Assembly: GCF_009914755.1 (NCBI RefSeq)
Contig: NC_060934.1
Source: the human T2T-CHM13v2.0 reference genome, Homo sapiens
Length of the DNA stretch: 64,000 nucleotides
Direction: 5' to 3' (one strand)
Shown: positions 50,286 to 64,000 of the stretch, piece by piece
Numbering within the stretch: the first letter of the stretch is position 1
How the letters are laid out: every line of letters begins with the position of its first letter
Program-made: the position numbers and the translations under genes
The notes under the pieces: model-generated
Database searches by the model: none
What the model was told of the DNA's origin: nothing
The model's input: the letters and a program-made list of their open reading frames with translations, nothing else

Positions 50286-50693
50286 ACTATGGTGAGGGTG
50301 CCCTGACCCGACTCTTGCCCAAGATGATATTCTTGAGCTGGGATTTAAAGGCTAGAATTGGATTTATAGGCAGATAAAGGTGTCAGGGCAATTCACATAG
50401 GAGCAAGAGCATTAGGAAGCCCAGGGAGGGAAGGTAGAGAATATGATGTGTCTGGGGAACCAGCGGAGCTGAGAGAATGCAGAGATGAGGTTGGAGGATG
50501 AATGGAAGCCTGATCGACCAGGTGGTGTGTTGAAGATTTGCAGAGTCCTTGAAGGATTTTCACCAATGGCATGATCTGGTTCGTGTTTACAAAAATTTTT
50601 CTGGCAACAGGGCAGGAATGGATTATAGGTGAGAAAGCAGATTGTGCGGAGGCTACTGCAGTAGACCAGGCGAGAAATTATGCGACTTAGATC

Positions 50694-50805
50694 TATGGTG
50701 ACCAGCCTCCCCAGTTTGCCCAGGAATGTTCTGATTTTAGCCCTGAAAGTCCTATGTCCTGGGTAACTCCTCAGTCCCGGGCAAACCAGGACAGTTGGTC
50801 ACCCA
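50694..50805. mobile_element. MER81-like hAT-Blackjack MITE
   Basis: TIRs ggtgaccagcctccccagtttgccc and gggcaaaccaggacagttggtcacc; 8-bp TSD cttagatc/cctagacc; lies within L2-like sequence. Confidence 0.85.
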
Positions 50806-51225
50806 CCTAGACCACACCAGTAGCAGCATGAATGGACAGTGGACAGATTTTAGAGATGCAGGGGGCAGAGGTGACTTTAGGGGTGAGGGAGTGGAGGCAG
50901 AAGATCAAAGCCGACTAAGTGGTTTCTGGCTTGAGCAACTGGTAGAGGGGTGCTGTCACCATGACTGGAATCAGGGAGAGGGCTTAGCAGGCACAGGCGG
51001 ATATTACAGACTTTGTTTTGAACCTGCTCACTTTGGTGTGTCTAAACCAAAATCCAAAATTTGGATAATGGTACCCAAACATCCAACAATCCATTGGTCC
51101 ATTTATTGAGTACCTAGGTGTCAATACTAAAAAGGTGTCAGGTACTAAAAAAATAAGACAGAAAAGGTGCTTGCCCTGTGGAGCTCTCAGTCCAGTGAGG
51201 GCGCGGGATTAAATCAATGACTTCA

Positions 51226-51549
<324 letters not shown>

Positions 51550-51570
51550 TTAAATCTCTCAATGCATGCA

Positions 51571-51904
51571 CAGTCATGTCCTGCATAATGATGTTTGGGT
51601 CAACAACAGACCTCATATATGACAGTGGCCCCATAGGAGTATAATACCATCTTTTTACTGTACCTTTTCTATGTTTAGATACACAAATGTCATTGTGTTA
51701 CAGCTGCCTGCAGTATTCAGCACCATCATATGCTGTACAGGTTTGCAGCCCAGGAGCAATAGGCTACAGCATCCAGCCCAGGTGTGCAGTGGGCTACACC
51801 ATCTAGGTTTATGGGAGTACACTCTTTGATGTTCACACAACGATAAAATCAGCTAACGATGCATTTCTTAGAACAGATCCCCGTTGTTAAGCAGTGCATG
51901 ATGC
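51571..51904 (-). mobile_element. Tigger3a (MER7A) MITE
   Basis: TIRs cagtcatgtcctgcataatga and gttgttaagcagtgcatga; ~335 bp. Confidence 0.9.
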
Positions 51905-52654
51905 TACTTCCCTGCTTTCACCGTTTGCCCTCCTGTGATGCTACTGTTTCTGAGATGACCGAACATCTGCTTCCCCTGGAAAAGTAACAATTCCCACCTG
52001 CGGTCCCAATGTAATTATTAATAACAACACCTTGCACTCTCAGAAGTGCCTCAGTTTCTATGGTGAAGTAGATAATGACCTAACTCAAACTACTCTCTAT
52101 ACCACCTCAATCACACTATTGATGTTTTACATTCATTTTCTTACAACGGCTATCTCTCTGCACAGACATCATCGTTCAGCAAGTATCGACTAATTCCAAG
52201 CCCGCAAGCAAGCGTGAGGACATGAAGCAGACCTATTTCTCCACTCTATAAACCAGTTGCTCCCAAAGATCGGCAATTAATCAACTTGTCAGGGAGGCAG
52301 TGCCGTGTGGTGGGAAAATATTGATTGGCCCAGGAGTTCCAAGAGCTGTTTTTAATGTTGGTTCGGCCATTTACTAGAAGCCATTTCATTTCCTGGCTCC
52401 CCAGTAAGTGGCCTTATCTTCAAATAGAAATAACTATATATTTCTGGACTATTTTAGAGGGCTGTTTCGAGAAGCAAATGTATGTAAAAGTATTTCTAAA
52501 CTGTGAACTGCTGTATCAATGTAAGGTATTCTAAATATGAAACTAGAAGACACTTGATATTCTATATTGTAATTGACATAGTTAATCCACAACAGAATTC
52601 TTGCTGATGGGAACATAGACTGTCTGAGTGCAAAGTACAAATATTTAGAAGGCA

Positions 52655-53092
52655 TACATAATAATAATATCATATAATTAACAATATTCTTTAATAACAT
52701 TGTTAAACATATAACATAATATATTCTATAGAATACATTATAGAATACATTATAATTATATGTATTATAATATTATAATTATAATACATTATAGAATACA
52801 TTAATATTATATTAATATTATATAATACAATTATAGTACATTATAGAATATATTAATATTATATTAATATTATATAATATTATAATTATGATACGTTATG
52901 GAATACCTTATATTGTATTCTATAGAATACAATATATCTAATAATTCTATAGAATACACTATATCTAATAATTATATATTATATCTAATATATAATTATA
53001 TCTAATAATTATTAGATACAATGTAGTCTATAGAATACATTATACATAATAATATATAGCATATTTTTATATATGTTAAAATATTAGATATT
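52655..53092. repeat. AT-rich low-complexity/minisatellite region with palindromes
   Basis: Repeated attatagaatac and tatctaataatt units. Confidence 0.9.
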
Positions 53093-53599
53093 CAGAAACC
53101 AAATACATTTTCAAATTGCATACAGCATTTGAACTTTCTTGGCTGTCACTATAACTTCTGTCACAGAAAGGAATATCAGCTATAGTACATGCAATCAACC
53201 TCACCTGCGTTTTCAAAATAAAACAGCCCAGAGTCGATCTAATGTATCTGATTCAATTTTTCATCAACGGAGATCACATTTTACTTCAATTTTGTCAGCA
53301 TCATGCAAAGATCACTGAGATCTTTTGTTAACAAAATGCCACCAAGTTTCATACAAACCTGACTAAAATGATGTTAAGTAGAAATGATATCCAGTAAGAT
53401 ACGCTTGTTTTACCCATGATGATAAACTAGTTCCTAAATGAAGGGTAGAGTGACACCAGTCTGTCTGTCTCAACCAGGAAATTATACTGTCAAATGATAT
53501 ATCATGGGGCTTTTAAATATTAGAATAAATACCCATAGCACTGGAGAAAGGTCGTCCAAAATAATGATAAGGTAAACTGTGGTTAATTCAGCTCCTATT

Positions 53600-53780
53600 G
53601 TCTAACTTATTTCTCTCACAACCCTGGGAGGCAGGTTTTATCATTTCCATTTAACAAGGAGAAATTGGCAGCTCAAAGAGACTATGCAACTTGCCCAAGA
53701 TGAAACAGTGAGTAAATAGCCAAGACTCAAGTCCAACTCTGTCTGATTCCAGACCCCATCTTCTTCTCAGCAAACCACAC
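53600..53780 (-). mobile_element. MIR
   Basis: ctcacaaccctgggaggcagg...gctcaaagagactatgcaacttgcccaagatga. Confidence 0.7.
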
Positions 53781-54323
53781 TGCTTCTCCACATTTTCTCC
53801 CTGAACAGGTTTTTCATTTGGCCATATTAACTGCATAAACCCTTTGGAAGTATTTTCAACAAATGTCCTTGAAAAGAGTTTCTGGGCACCTGGTATTTAG
53901 AGAGGACTTTGAGAGGAGAACAGGTACCGAAGCAACGTGTTCAACTCTTGAGCCACTGAATTAATACATGGGCTGCCAAACACACCTACATAAACTTGGG
54001 ACTAGATTTGTTCAAGCTTGCACATTTGGACTTCCTTTAAAAAAAAATATATACAACTTCTTGTTCTGAAAACAATGCCAATCAATTTGTAATGAGATTA
54101 CAATGTTACGATAACAAGGGTAATAAATGTCCTGCCACACATTGAATCAAAGATCCATTGCATCATGGCTTAATAAGCCACTGGGGGAAAATTGCCTGGT
54201 TTCCATGATAATGAGTGGTGCTCTCATCCACACCAGAACTGTCCCGCACCAACTGCAGCCCAATTATATTGCCCTTACATTGGCCCATCCTGACCTATAG
54301 GGAGTTGGAAGCATTTACTAAAT

Positions 54324-54554
54324 CAAGCTTGTCCAACCTGCAGCCCACAGACCACATGTGGTCCAGGGCGGCTTTGAAGGTGGCACAACACAAATTCATA
54401 AACTTTCCTAAACATAATGAAATCTTTTTGTGAGGTTTTTTTTTTTTTTTTAGCTCATCAGCTATCGTTAGTGTTAGTGTATTTTATGTGTGGCCCAAGA
54501 TAATTCCTTTTCTTCTAATGTGGCCCGGGGAAGCCAAAAGATTGGACACCTTTG
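54324..54554 (-). mobile_element. MER30 (hAT-Charlie), copy 1
   Basis: caagcttgtccaacc...agctcatcagctatcgttagtgttagtg...gaagccaaaagattggacacc. Confidence 0.92.
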
Positions 54555-54694
54555 AATTGTACCAGTGATTACTAAGAATGAGCAGGACCTGTGCTCCAGA
54601 ACTTAGGGCACACCTCCATTGCTCAAGCGGAGTGACAATTTGGGTCTATAAATGTTCCACTGATCCTGGCATTACTTTACAGCTTTGTGCTTTT

Positions 54695-54769
54695 ATTTAT
54701 TTATTTATTGAGATGGAGTCTTGCTCAGTCACCCAGGCTGGAGTGCAGTGGCGCGATCTTGGCTCACTG
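54695..54769 (-). mobile_element. Severely 5'-truncated Alu (~75 bp)
   Basis: Right-arm end only; TSD agctttgtgctttt at 54681-94 and 54770-83. Confidence 0.9.
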
Positions 54770-55128
54770 AGCTTTGTGCTTTTAAATAGTTCATTTGTCA
54801 AGTACCTTGGTAGTGAAATGCAGTGGACACAGTTGTATAAATCCCCTGAAGAAAACAAATTGATATACGCAATCTCCTCCCCTGGCACATAGAGGCCCAT
54901 CTGTTCCAGCCGAATCTGCCAAGTCAGCAGAGTGAGTCTCGAGCCAGCCTGCATCAGCTGCCACACTTGCAGGTGTCCAGCAAGATGTCATCCACCTGCT
55001 GTCTCCAGGCTTCTCTTGCAAAACTAGGTCATAATTCGGTGTCCATTCTGAGGTCCTGTCCATTCCAGCGGATAAAATAAGCAGAATTTATTCCTCAAGA
55101 GCCAACGGCCTTTTGTGATAGGATAGAT

Positions 55129-55348
55129 CAAGCATGTCCAACCCATGGCCTATAGGCCACATGGGGCCTGGGACAGCTTTCAAGGCAGCCCAACACAAAT
55201 TCATAAACTTTCTTAAAACATTATGAGATTTTTTGCAATTTTTTTTTTTAGCCCATCAGCTATCATTCATGTTAGTGAATCTTATGTGTGGCCCAAGACA
55301 ATTCTTCTCTCAATGTGGCCCCAGGAAGCCAAAAGATTGGACACCTGT
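55129..55348 (-). mobile_element. MER30 (hAT-Charlie), copy 2
   Basis: caagcatgtccaacccatggcc...gaagccaaaagattggacacctg. Confidence 0.92.
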
Positions 55349-57286
55349 GGTAGATACTCATCTGTTGGAGCTATTTTGGGGTGGGCCTTTGCTGAAAGTC
55401 AATTGGTGGCCTCCAAGATGATTCCTCAGGATGTCTGTCTGCCCAGTAGAGGAGACGGCACTTCGGTTTCAGGTCCATTTTGGTGAAATGCATCATTAAC
55501 AGATAAGCAAGAACATTTAGGACAAAAGATAGCGTGCTTTAGAATGACTCTAGGAAAAATTCTCCAATTGCAAGGGGATAAAGCATTGGCCTGCACTGTT
55601 CAGGAAGAATGGGAAAACTCCTTTTCATAGAATTTAAAGCAGAAGAGTAGCTGGAGTTCTGCCAGTCCTCTCTGAGCCAGGGCATACACTGGAAAGCCTT
55701 TCATAGTCAACTCCCAGGGATCTGCGATTGTCCAGCTTTACTGAGTGGGGTCTACACTCCGTCTCTAGGAAATGTAGCCATGGTCACACCTAAGATTTGG
55801 GGTTAGCATGACTACATTTCCTAGTGACATTACTATATCTCTACAGTACTAAAATGTCCCAAAGGGCTATTATGTATCTATTATGTTTTATTATTACAAG
55901 AAACCTAAGAGGAAGGTAGGGAATGATTATAGGTTAAATGCAATAAAATATCATGAGAGATTTTATGTATGGTGCCTGGGAAAAGGGAAAAGGGAAAAGA
56001 AGAGGGGGAGCGAGCAGATAACAAAGATGGAAGTCCTAAAAGATGGCAGTCCCCCTGTGTGGCAAAGTCTCTAAAACAGCATGTACCTCCAGAATATATT
56101 ATGGTAGCCAGCCTTAAACTGGACAAGCTGAAAGGGAACTGAGAGATCTCCAGTTTGTTCTCTAGTTTTCAAGACACAAGTCCATAGACAGGAAGTCATT
56201 AGGTCAAAGTCACAAGTCAGGAGACAGGCAGAGCTGAAGAAAAACACAGGTAGAATCCAAAATTCATATTCTACTGGGTTGCTTATGAAAGTTAAAAGAC
56301 ACAATATGTTAACATCAACTTGTCAGCCTATTTATAGCAGACCTCTGGTGATTTGAGTAGTTCGCCTCAATCTAAGGGACAAGCCAAACTGTTTGGGATG
56401 GCTTTCTTATAGACTCATAATTAAGACTCTATCCTTAGTGTACTCTTCAGCCTATTGCACTAAAGTGAATACTACTTTATGTAAGAACAGTAAGTCCATT
56501 ACCAAAAAATAAAAACAAGAAAAACACATTATCACTCAATCTCCTTCATTGGTCCTATAAATCAATGCTATTTTCTGAGTCCAAGATCCATGAAAAACCT
56601 TCACTAAGTATAAACATCATAAATCATTAACTGATCATTTCCAAAAAGTGACTTTAACTCTGGCCAGGGGTAAATATTCCTGGGATTTATGTCCAATCAC
56701 AAGCAAGCAGTATTATTTCAGCACATTCGACAGTAGAATTTTGAAAGGGTCATCTAAAAATAGATTCTCAATGACTGCAATGTGAAATCATGCAAACAGA
56801 ACAGCAGTTGAATGTTGTGGTTTAGAGCTGCAGAGAGACCCACTGAAGCCTTGATAATGTTGTCCCCCAGCACTCAGATAGGAAGCCGACACCAGGCGGC
56901 CTTGTTGGCAGTCTGGGGAAAGGCCACACAGCAGACCTCACTGCCTGAGGAAGGCGGGGAGTATGAAGGCTTGAGAGCCCAGAGACAGACAAGGAAAAGG
57001 GAAGGAGAAATGAAGGAAGCAAAAACAAGGGAGCTAAGAGGATTTCTCGGAGCACCACCAAGCCAGAGATCTTGTCAGCGCTCTGAGAAAAAGCAGAGAG
57101 ATTCCATTCATCTCTGCCTTACAGTGGGCTCTTTTGTTAGGCTTGTAGGGCTTCTCTTTTATTCATATATTACAGAGGGGGAGTTGGGATGATATGGGGA
57201 GAAAAAGGAGGTGAGAGAGAAAGAGAGGAGTGGAGAGGGGAGAAGAAGGGAAAAAAGCATTTCCTCTCCATAGAAAAAACATTTTA

Positions 57287-57758
<472 letters not shown>

Positions 57759-58612
57759 CTAAACTTGTACCAGCCACAAGCACTGTGCCTCAGTTCATTT
57801 ATTTTTTTTTCCATCTGCAAATGCAGTTCATCCCCCTGACTGGTGACGATGTTATACAATGTGCTGAAAATCTTGGAACAACATGTATTCATGGATAAAA
57901 ACTCGGTCTCTAGGCGTTTCATTCCCCCGACACAGCAGCCGCTAATGCCACCACTCTAGAGTGTTTCCCATGTGCCAGCACTGTGAGGACCAATTTACAC
58001 ACACGGTCTCATTGGAATTTACTATATTTACACGTACAAATGTACAGCAGCCAGGGAGGAAGATTTCCCCATTCTGCAGCAAAGGAAGCTTAAATTCCAA
58101 AAAGCTAAGTGACTTGCCCAACATCCCAAAGGTAATAAATGACTGGATTGGAATCCAAATCCGCATGTGACACCAGGGTGCAGGTTATCTTAGTCTTAAA
58201 TGAGATAAGATGAAGCTCTCAGAATAGCAAATCTGTTACGAGTGGGAGTTAGGGAAAAGATAAGGCGTAGTTCAGAGAAAACGAGGCACTATCTAGGTCA
58301 CCACTGAGCTCACCCACTTATCTAGAGAATCAGTTATTGACTAGAAAGTGGTGTAACTGATAGTTGTCTTGAGTTGCAGGCCAGGCTTCCTCCTGACCAC
58401 AGTCTAGGCCCTGAACCTCCTTAGGGCTCTTTAAATCTTAGCTCTAAAATGAGATGGTCTCTCAGGACCCTTTCAACTCCAAAAGATTCCCTTAGGATTC
58501 CCAGCAGTAACCTATTTCTGGGTATCCTGAAGCGTGTCACACGCCACCTAAAAAAGGAGGTTAGAGGAGTGAATGCAAAATGAGGTCAACAGCACCTGCG
58601 GGACTACCTGTA

Positions 58613-58720
58613 GGCCTCGGGAAGGTAAGGAATCCAGACATTACCCCTGACACATGGATTGGGCCCTGGCCTCAGGAAGGTAAGGAATTCGGACATTACC
58701 CCAACACATGGATCGGGCCC
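58613..58720 (+). repeat. Two-copy tandem repeat, period 55 bp
   Basis: ggcctcgggaaggtaaggaatccagacattacccctgacacatggattgggccc / ggcctcaggaaggtaaggaattcggacattaccccaacacatggatcgggccc. Confidence 0.95.
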
Positions 58721-58771
58721 ATTGGGTTAGTGTGCTAAGTTTCCATTGATTATATTGTAACACTAGTTGCC

Positions 58772-59215
58772 GTCTGTTCTGGACATTGTTGCTGTGTAAC
58801 AAGCAACCCCCAAACCAGCAGTTTAAGGCAATGAATTTATTTTGCTCACAACTTTGTGGGTCAGGAATTTGGAAAGGACTCAGCTGGGCTGTCTGACTCT
58901 CATGCATGTGCATCAGCTGGGGTGACTTGGGTTGAAGGGGACCCTTTCACCATGGCTTCCTCCTCCACATACCTGGAGCCTTATGGTTTACACTTTTCCC
59001 AGCTTGGTGGTCTCAGGATATTCATACTTCTAACATGGCAAGTGGCTTCTAAAAGGTGAAGGTAAAAGCTGCCGGTCCTCTAAAGGGTAGGTCCAGAAGT
59101 AGAACAACGTTCATCATACACATCCCATTACGTAAAGTGATCACAGGGTGGCCCAGATTCAAAAGGAGGAGAAGCAGCCTCCATCGCTCCATGACGGGAG
59201 TGCTAATCTGCCACG
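58772..59215 (-). mobile_element. MLT1-type MaLR LTR
   Basis: ttgttgctgtgtaacaagcaacccc...ttgctcacaactttgtgggtcaggaatttggaaaggactcagctggg...cccagattcaaaagg. Confidence 0.75.
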
Positions 59216-59639
59216 GTGTCCCACCTTGGGATCTGACCAGGAAGGCCCCAGCCAACTGCTGGATTTGGAGAAATTGGAATGATCCAGAAATGGGAAATTG
59301 GACTGATACATAGAACTATACCCACTCAATGAGTAGGGCAGGCGCTGGGGACAGACTCCACAGTTGTAGGTGGAGGACAAGGTATTTTTACCTGCCAGGC
59401 ATCCATGATCCATCCAGCTTTCTTCTGATAACAGCACGTTGGGGAAACTTACTGCCTCAGCTCTCCATCCATGGGATTTGGGTAGAGGACCAATTTTACT
59501 CCTGGAATGTGTGACTTGGGCCTGACCAATTATCATCAGTGCCTGGCATATAGTAAGTGTTCATGATGAATGAATGAATGAATGAATGAGCGAATAAAGG
59601 GAAAATATTTCATTTCCCAGACCACAAGAATTGTTTTAG

Positions 59640-60906
59640 GGATAGATACATAATTCAAGTTCTACAACTTGTGCTAGAAAGAGGTATTCTCTTTATGCTG
59701 AACTTGGAGTTGTGGGCATGTATTCCTAAAGCCAATGAGAGACACCGTGAAGTGAATCCCTGCAGGAGACTGGAGCTGGCCCAGGGGAAAGAAAAGCCGA
59801 GACACAGAAGGAGCAAGACAGAGTCCTGATGGCACTGTTTGACATCCAACTATCTCTAGTTGGTCTATCCCCTGGATTGTTTGCTTGAATGGCTGAAATT
59901 TATGCACTGACAACATCAAATTGCGGAGAAGATATAGAGCAACAGGAATGCTCATTCACTGCCTGTGGGAATGCAAAATGATACAGCTACTTTGAAAGAC
60001 AGTGTGGCAATTTCTTACAAAGCTAAACATAGGCTTACCATATGATCCAGAAATCATGGTCCTTGACATTTACCCAAATGAATTCACACAAAAACCTACA
60101 CGTGAATGTTTATAGAAGCGATATTCATATTCGCCAAAACTTGGAACCAACCAAGATGTCCTTCAATAGGTGAATGAATAAACACACATGTGGAACATCC
60201 AGACAATGGCCCATTATTCAGGTATAAATAGAAATGAGCTATCAAGGCACAAAAAGACATGGAGGAACACTAAATGCATATTGCTAAGTGAAAAGCCAGT
60301 CTGAAAAGGATACATACTGTATGATTCCAACTTTATGACATGTTGGAAAACGCAAAACTATACAGACAATAAAATGATCAGTGGTGGCCATTGGGGTACG
60401 GGGGAAGGAGACATAGGTGGAGAACAGAGATTTTAGGGCAGTGAAACTATCCTATATGATACTGTCATGGTGGAAAAGTGACTTTCTGAATTTTTTAAAA
60501 CCCATATAACTATACAACACAAAGAGCTAACCCTAATGCGTATATGGGCTTTAGTTAATAATAATGAACTAATATTGTTTCCTCAATTGTAATCAATGTA
60601 CCACATCAATGCAAGATGTTAAAAATAGGGAAAACTGTGTGCACAGGGAGGGGACAGTAAGAGGGGATTATGGAGGCACTCTGTACCTTCCTTCAATTTT
60701 CCTATAAACCCAAAACTGCTCTAAAAAACAAAGTCTATTTTTAAAATGAGCTAGACAGAGTCCTGATGATATCATTTGTTATGCAGCTGTGCCTAAAAAT
60801 AGTCTAGCCCCTGGACTATTCAGCTGCAAGTCAATACATCCTCTTTTTAGCTTAAGCAAGTGTGGGTTCATTTTCTGTCACTTGTGATCAAAAATGTTCT
60901 GTTAAG
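59640..60906 (+). mobile_element. Old MLT1 (J/K/L-like) LTR split by an L1MC
   Basis: gacagagtcctgatg...cccctggactattcag...agtcaatacatcctc...gcttaagcaagtgtgggtt...ttctgtcacttg. Confidence 0.6.
59887..60746 (+). mobile_element. L1MC-type 3' region
   Basis: gagcaacaggaatgctcattcactgc...aaacttggaaccaaccaagatgtccttcaataggtgaatg...ctaaaaaacaaagtctatttttaaaa. Confidence 0.9.
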
Positions 60907-61616
60907 TGTTAAAAGTAAATCCAGTTTGGCGGCCAGGAAACGATGTGTGAAAACTACAACAGGACCTGATTGGGCCCTGAGAACAGTCAACAGGTGACAT
61001 TAGGATTTTCCAACAAGCAGACAGCACTGGGATGGGGCTCCCCATGGCTTTGGGAGTCAGAGGAGTGGCTGGCAAGATGACAGCCAGAATCAGGGTACCA
61101 GGTGAGGGTTTGGGGGCAGGAACCTGGGCTACAGAAAGAGGAATGAAAAGAGCGAGGCAGGAGCTGAGATATTGAGCAGATTGTCAAGACAATCTGCTCA
61201 GGAAACAGGTAAAACCAGAAAGGAGTAAGGCTTGGAGTGTCAGACTAGTGAGGCCTAAAGCCAGGCACCTGGAAGAAGAGGGAGAGTTAGCCCATAAGGG
61301 GCTTGTTTGCCCCACCTGAGAGCAAGAAGAGAGGAGGGCAAGAGAGGAGCCCCGTGTTTTAGGCCAGAGAGAGAGCATCCACTAAGGTCACCGCACCAGC
61401 CTACGAAGAAGTCTTTGAGGGAAAGCAGCACTGAGTGGAGAAAAGTGTGAATCCCTGCATCTCCAGGAGGGATGGAGGATACCCTCTGCCCAGCCAAACA
61501 CTGACCCCAGATCTGAGCCCCAAGGGGAGTCTGTTTTAAATACCTTTCTTGAAAACCCACCAATTCCTTCAAATCCAGTCACCAGCACTGTTATTTTTTT
61601 CTTATGTTACATGTGA

Positions 61617-61962
<346 letters not shown>

Positions 61963-62051
61963 AACTCCCTAACTTTCTGAATAAATTTTGCCCATGAATT
62001 AACAAGTGCTACAGAATTAGCTGCAGGTAATATTTCCACAGGTGTTTGGGG

Positions 62052-62389
<338 letters not shown>

Positions 62390-62739
62390 TGATGCTAACA
62401 AAGTACATTATTAATGCTGCTTGCAGTGGGCTTACTGAGATCAGCAATCACTGTCTGTTTGTTCACTGATGAACTGAAAGCAGTGTCTGGGGTAGGGTAG
62501 CTACTCACTAAATATTCGTGAAATGCCTGCTGGATGAGTTATTTCTCTTTTCCTCCTTGGCTGAGATGAAGGGAGAGAAAGACAAGAGTGACAGTGGATT
62601 GCATGCATTCAAAGACCAGTATCTGCCTGGCAAGAAGATGCTGGAGAGGTAGTAATGGCCATATTTCATATTTTAGCAATTCCACTGTGGATTCAATATC
62701 TCCCCTTAGCTCCTGCCCTATCTTGTTTCTTCTTTTTCA

Positions 62740-62990
62740 TAATCAAGCTTCCTGAAGAATATTCTGCACTTCTTATCTCCACTATTTGACTTTCCTTCTC
62801 TCCTTTACTTACTGTAATCTTCCTGGCCACCACTCCACTGCGACAACTCTCACAAAGGTCACCAATGACGTCTTTCCACCAAGATCAAATGCACACATTT
62901 TAATCTCTGTGTTTCTTGGTCTTCCTACTTCCTCTTTGAGTTCTCTCTTCTGTATGCTTTCAGTCTTCTGGCTTTCTTCCCACCTCTGTT
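62740..62990 (+). mobile_element. L2 fragment
   Basis: ccaccactccactg...ctctcacaaaggtcaccaatgac... Confidence 0.6.
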
Positions 62991-63014
62991 AATTTGACCC
63001 TTCTCAGTTCCTTC

Positions 63015-64000
63015 ACTGGCATTAGATGGTCTCTCATTGTGGTTTTGATTTACATTTCTCTAATGATCAATGATGTTGAGCTTTTTTTCATATGTTTGTT
63101 GGCTGCATGTATGTCTTCTTTTGAGACGTGTCTGTTCATGTCCTTTGCCCACATTTTAATGGTTTTTTTCTTGTAAATTTAAGTTCCTTGTAGATTCTGG
63201 ATATTATAGCTTTGTCAGATGGATAGATTGCAAATTTTTTCTCCCATTCTGCAAGTTGTCTGTTTGCTCTGATGATAGTTTCTTTTGCTGTGCAAAAGCT
63301 CTTTAATTAGATCCCATTTGTTAATTTTCACCTTCGTTGCAATGGCTTTTGATGTTTTCATCATGAAATCTTTGCCCGTGCCTATGTCCTAAATGGTATT
63401 GCATAGATTTTCTTCTAGGGTTTTCATAGTTGTGGGTTTTACATTTAAGTCTTTAATCTATCTTGAGTTAATGTTTGTATAAGATATAAGGAAGGGGATC
63501 CAGTTTCAATTTTCTGCATATGGCTAGCCAGTTCTCCCAGCACCATTTATTAAATAGGAAATCATTTCCCCATTGCTTGTTTTTGTCAGGTTTGTTGAAG
63601 ATCAGATGGTTGTAGATGTGTGGACTTATTTCTGAGATCTCTATTCTGTTCCATTGGTCTATGTGTCTGTTTTTGTACCAGTACCATGATGTTTTGGTTA
63701 CTGTAGCCTTGTAGTATAGTTTGAAGTCAGGTAGCATGATGCCTCCAGCTTTGTTCTTTTCACTTAGATTGTCTTGGCTATATGGGCTCTTTTTTGGTTC
63801 CATATGAATTTTAAAGTATTTTTTTCTAATTCTGTGAAGAATGTCAATGGTAGTTTAATGAGAATAGCACTGAATCTATAAATTACTTTGGGCAGTATGG
63901 TCATTTTCACAATATTGATTCTTCCTATCCATGAATATGGAATGTTTTTCCATTTGTTTGTGTTCTCTCTGATTTCTTTGGGCAGTGGTTTGTAGTTCTC
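63015..64000 (-). mobile_element. L1PA ORF2 segment, running off the window end
   Basis: ORF 63468-63803 reads [38 protein letters not shown]...[18 protein letters not shown]. Confidence 0.95.

Noticed and set aside
56812-57192. 126-aa ORF in unique purine-rich sequence
   Set aside because: No recognisable homology or supported splice structure; the length is compatible with chance.
58613-58720. CRISPR-like repeat
   Set aside because: Two adjacent 55-bp units with no unique spacers and no cas genes, in primate DNA.

Overview
Primate (most likely human) repeat-rich euchromatic DNA, intergenic or deep intronic. I find no credible protein-coding exon, tRNA/rRNA/snRNA gene or CpG island. The one gene-derived feature is a full-length processed pseudogene of RPSA (ribosomal protein uS2/laminin receptor) on the minus strand at ~43039-44081. 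It has a TOP-like 5' end, AATAAA, an A-tail remnant, an 11-bp TSD, several stops and a frameshift, and it sits inside an old L1M. The rest is a mosaic: ~36 Alu or Alu-monomer insertions; L1PA/L1MA/L1MB/L1MC pieces; ERVL, MaLR and ERV1 LTRs (MLT2, THE1, MST/MLT1, LTR16, LTR33, MER34-like, MER72-like); DNA-transposon derivatives (MADE1, Tigger3, MER1A, two MER30, MER81, MER5); MIR/L2; and microsatellites. Nearly all listed ORFs are Alu, L1 or low-complexity artefacts. I see no evidence for a new multi-gene biological system. The most unusual signals are fossil DNA-repair and retrotransposition events: (i) an MLT2 LTR carrying an inverted-repeat-bounded insert copied from sequence 2.6 kb downstream, (ii) an L1MC flanked by ~75-bp direct repeats, (iii) a trimeric Alu inside one TSD, (iv) an Alu+L1 pair inside one TSD, (v) a MADE1 (miR-548-type) hairpin next to a bZIP motif cluster, and (vi) a 55-bp tandem duplication of a consensus splice donor. 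Repeat family names come from my recall of consensus sequences, not from a database search. Subfamily labels and some boundaries are approximate.
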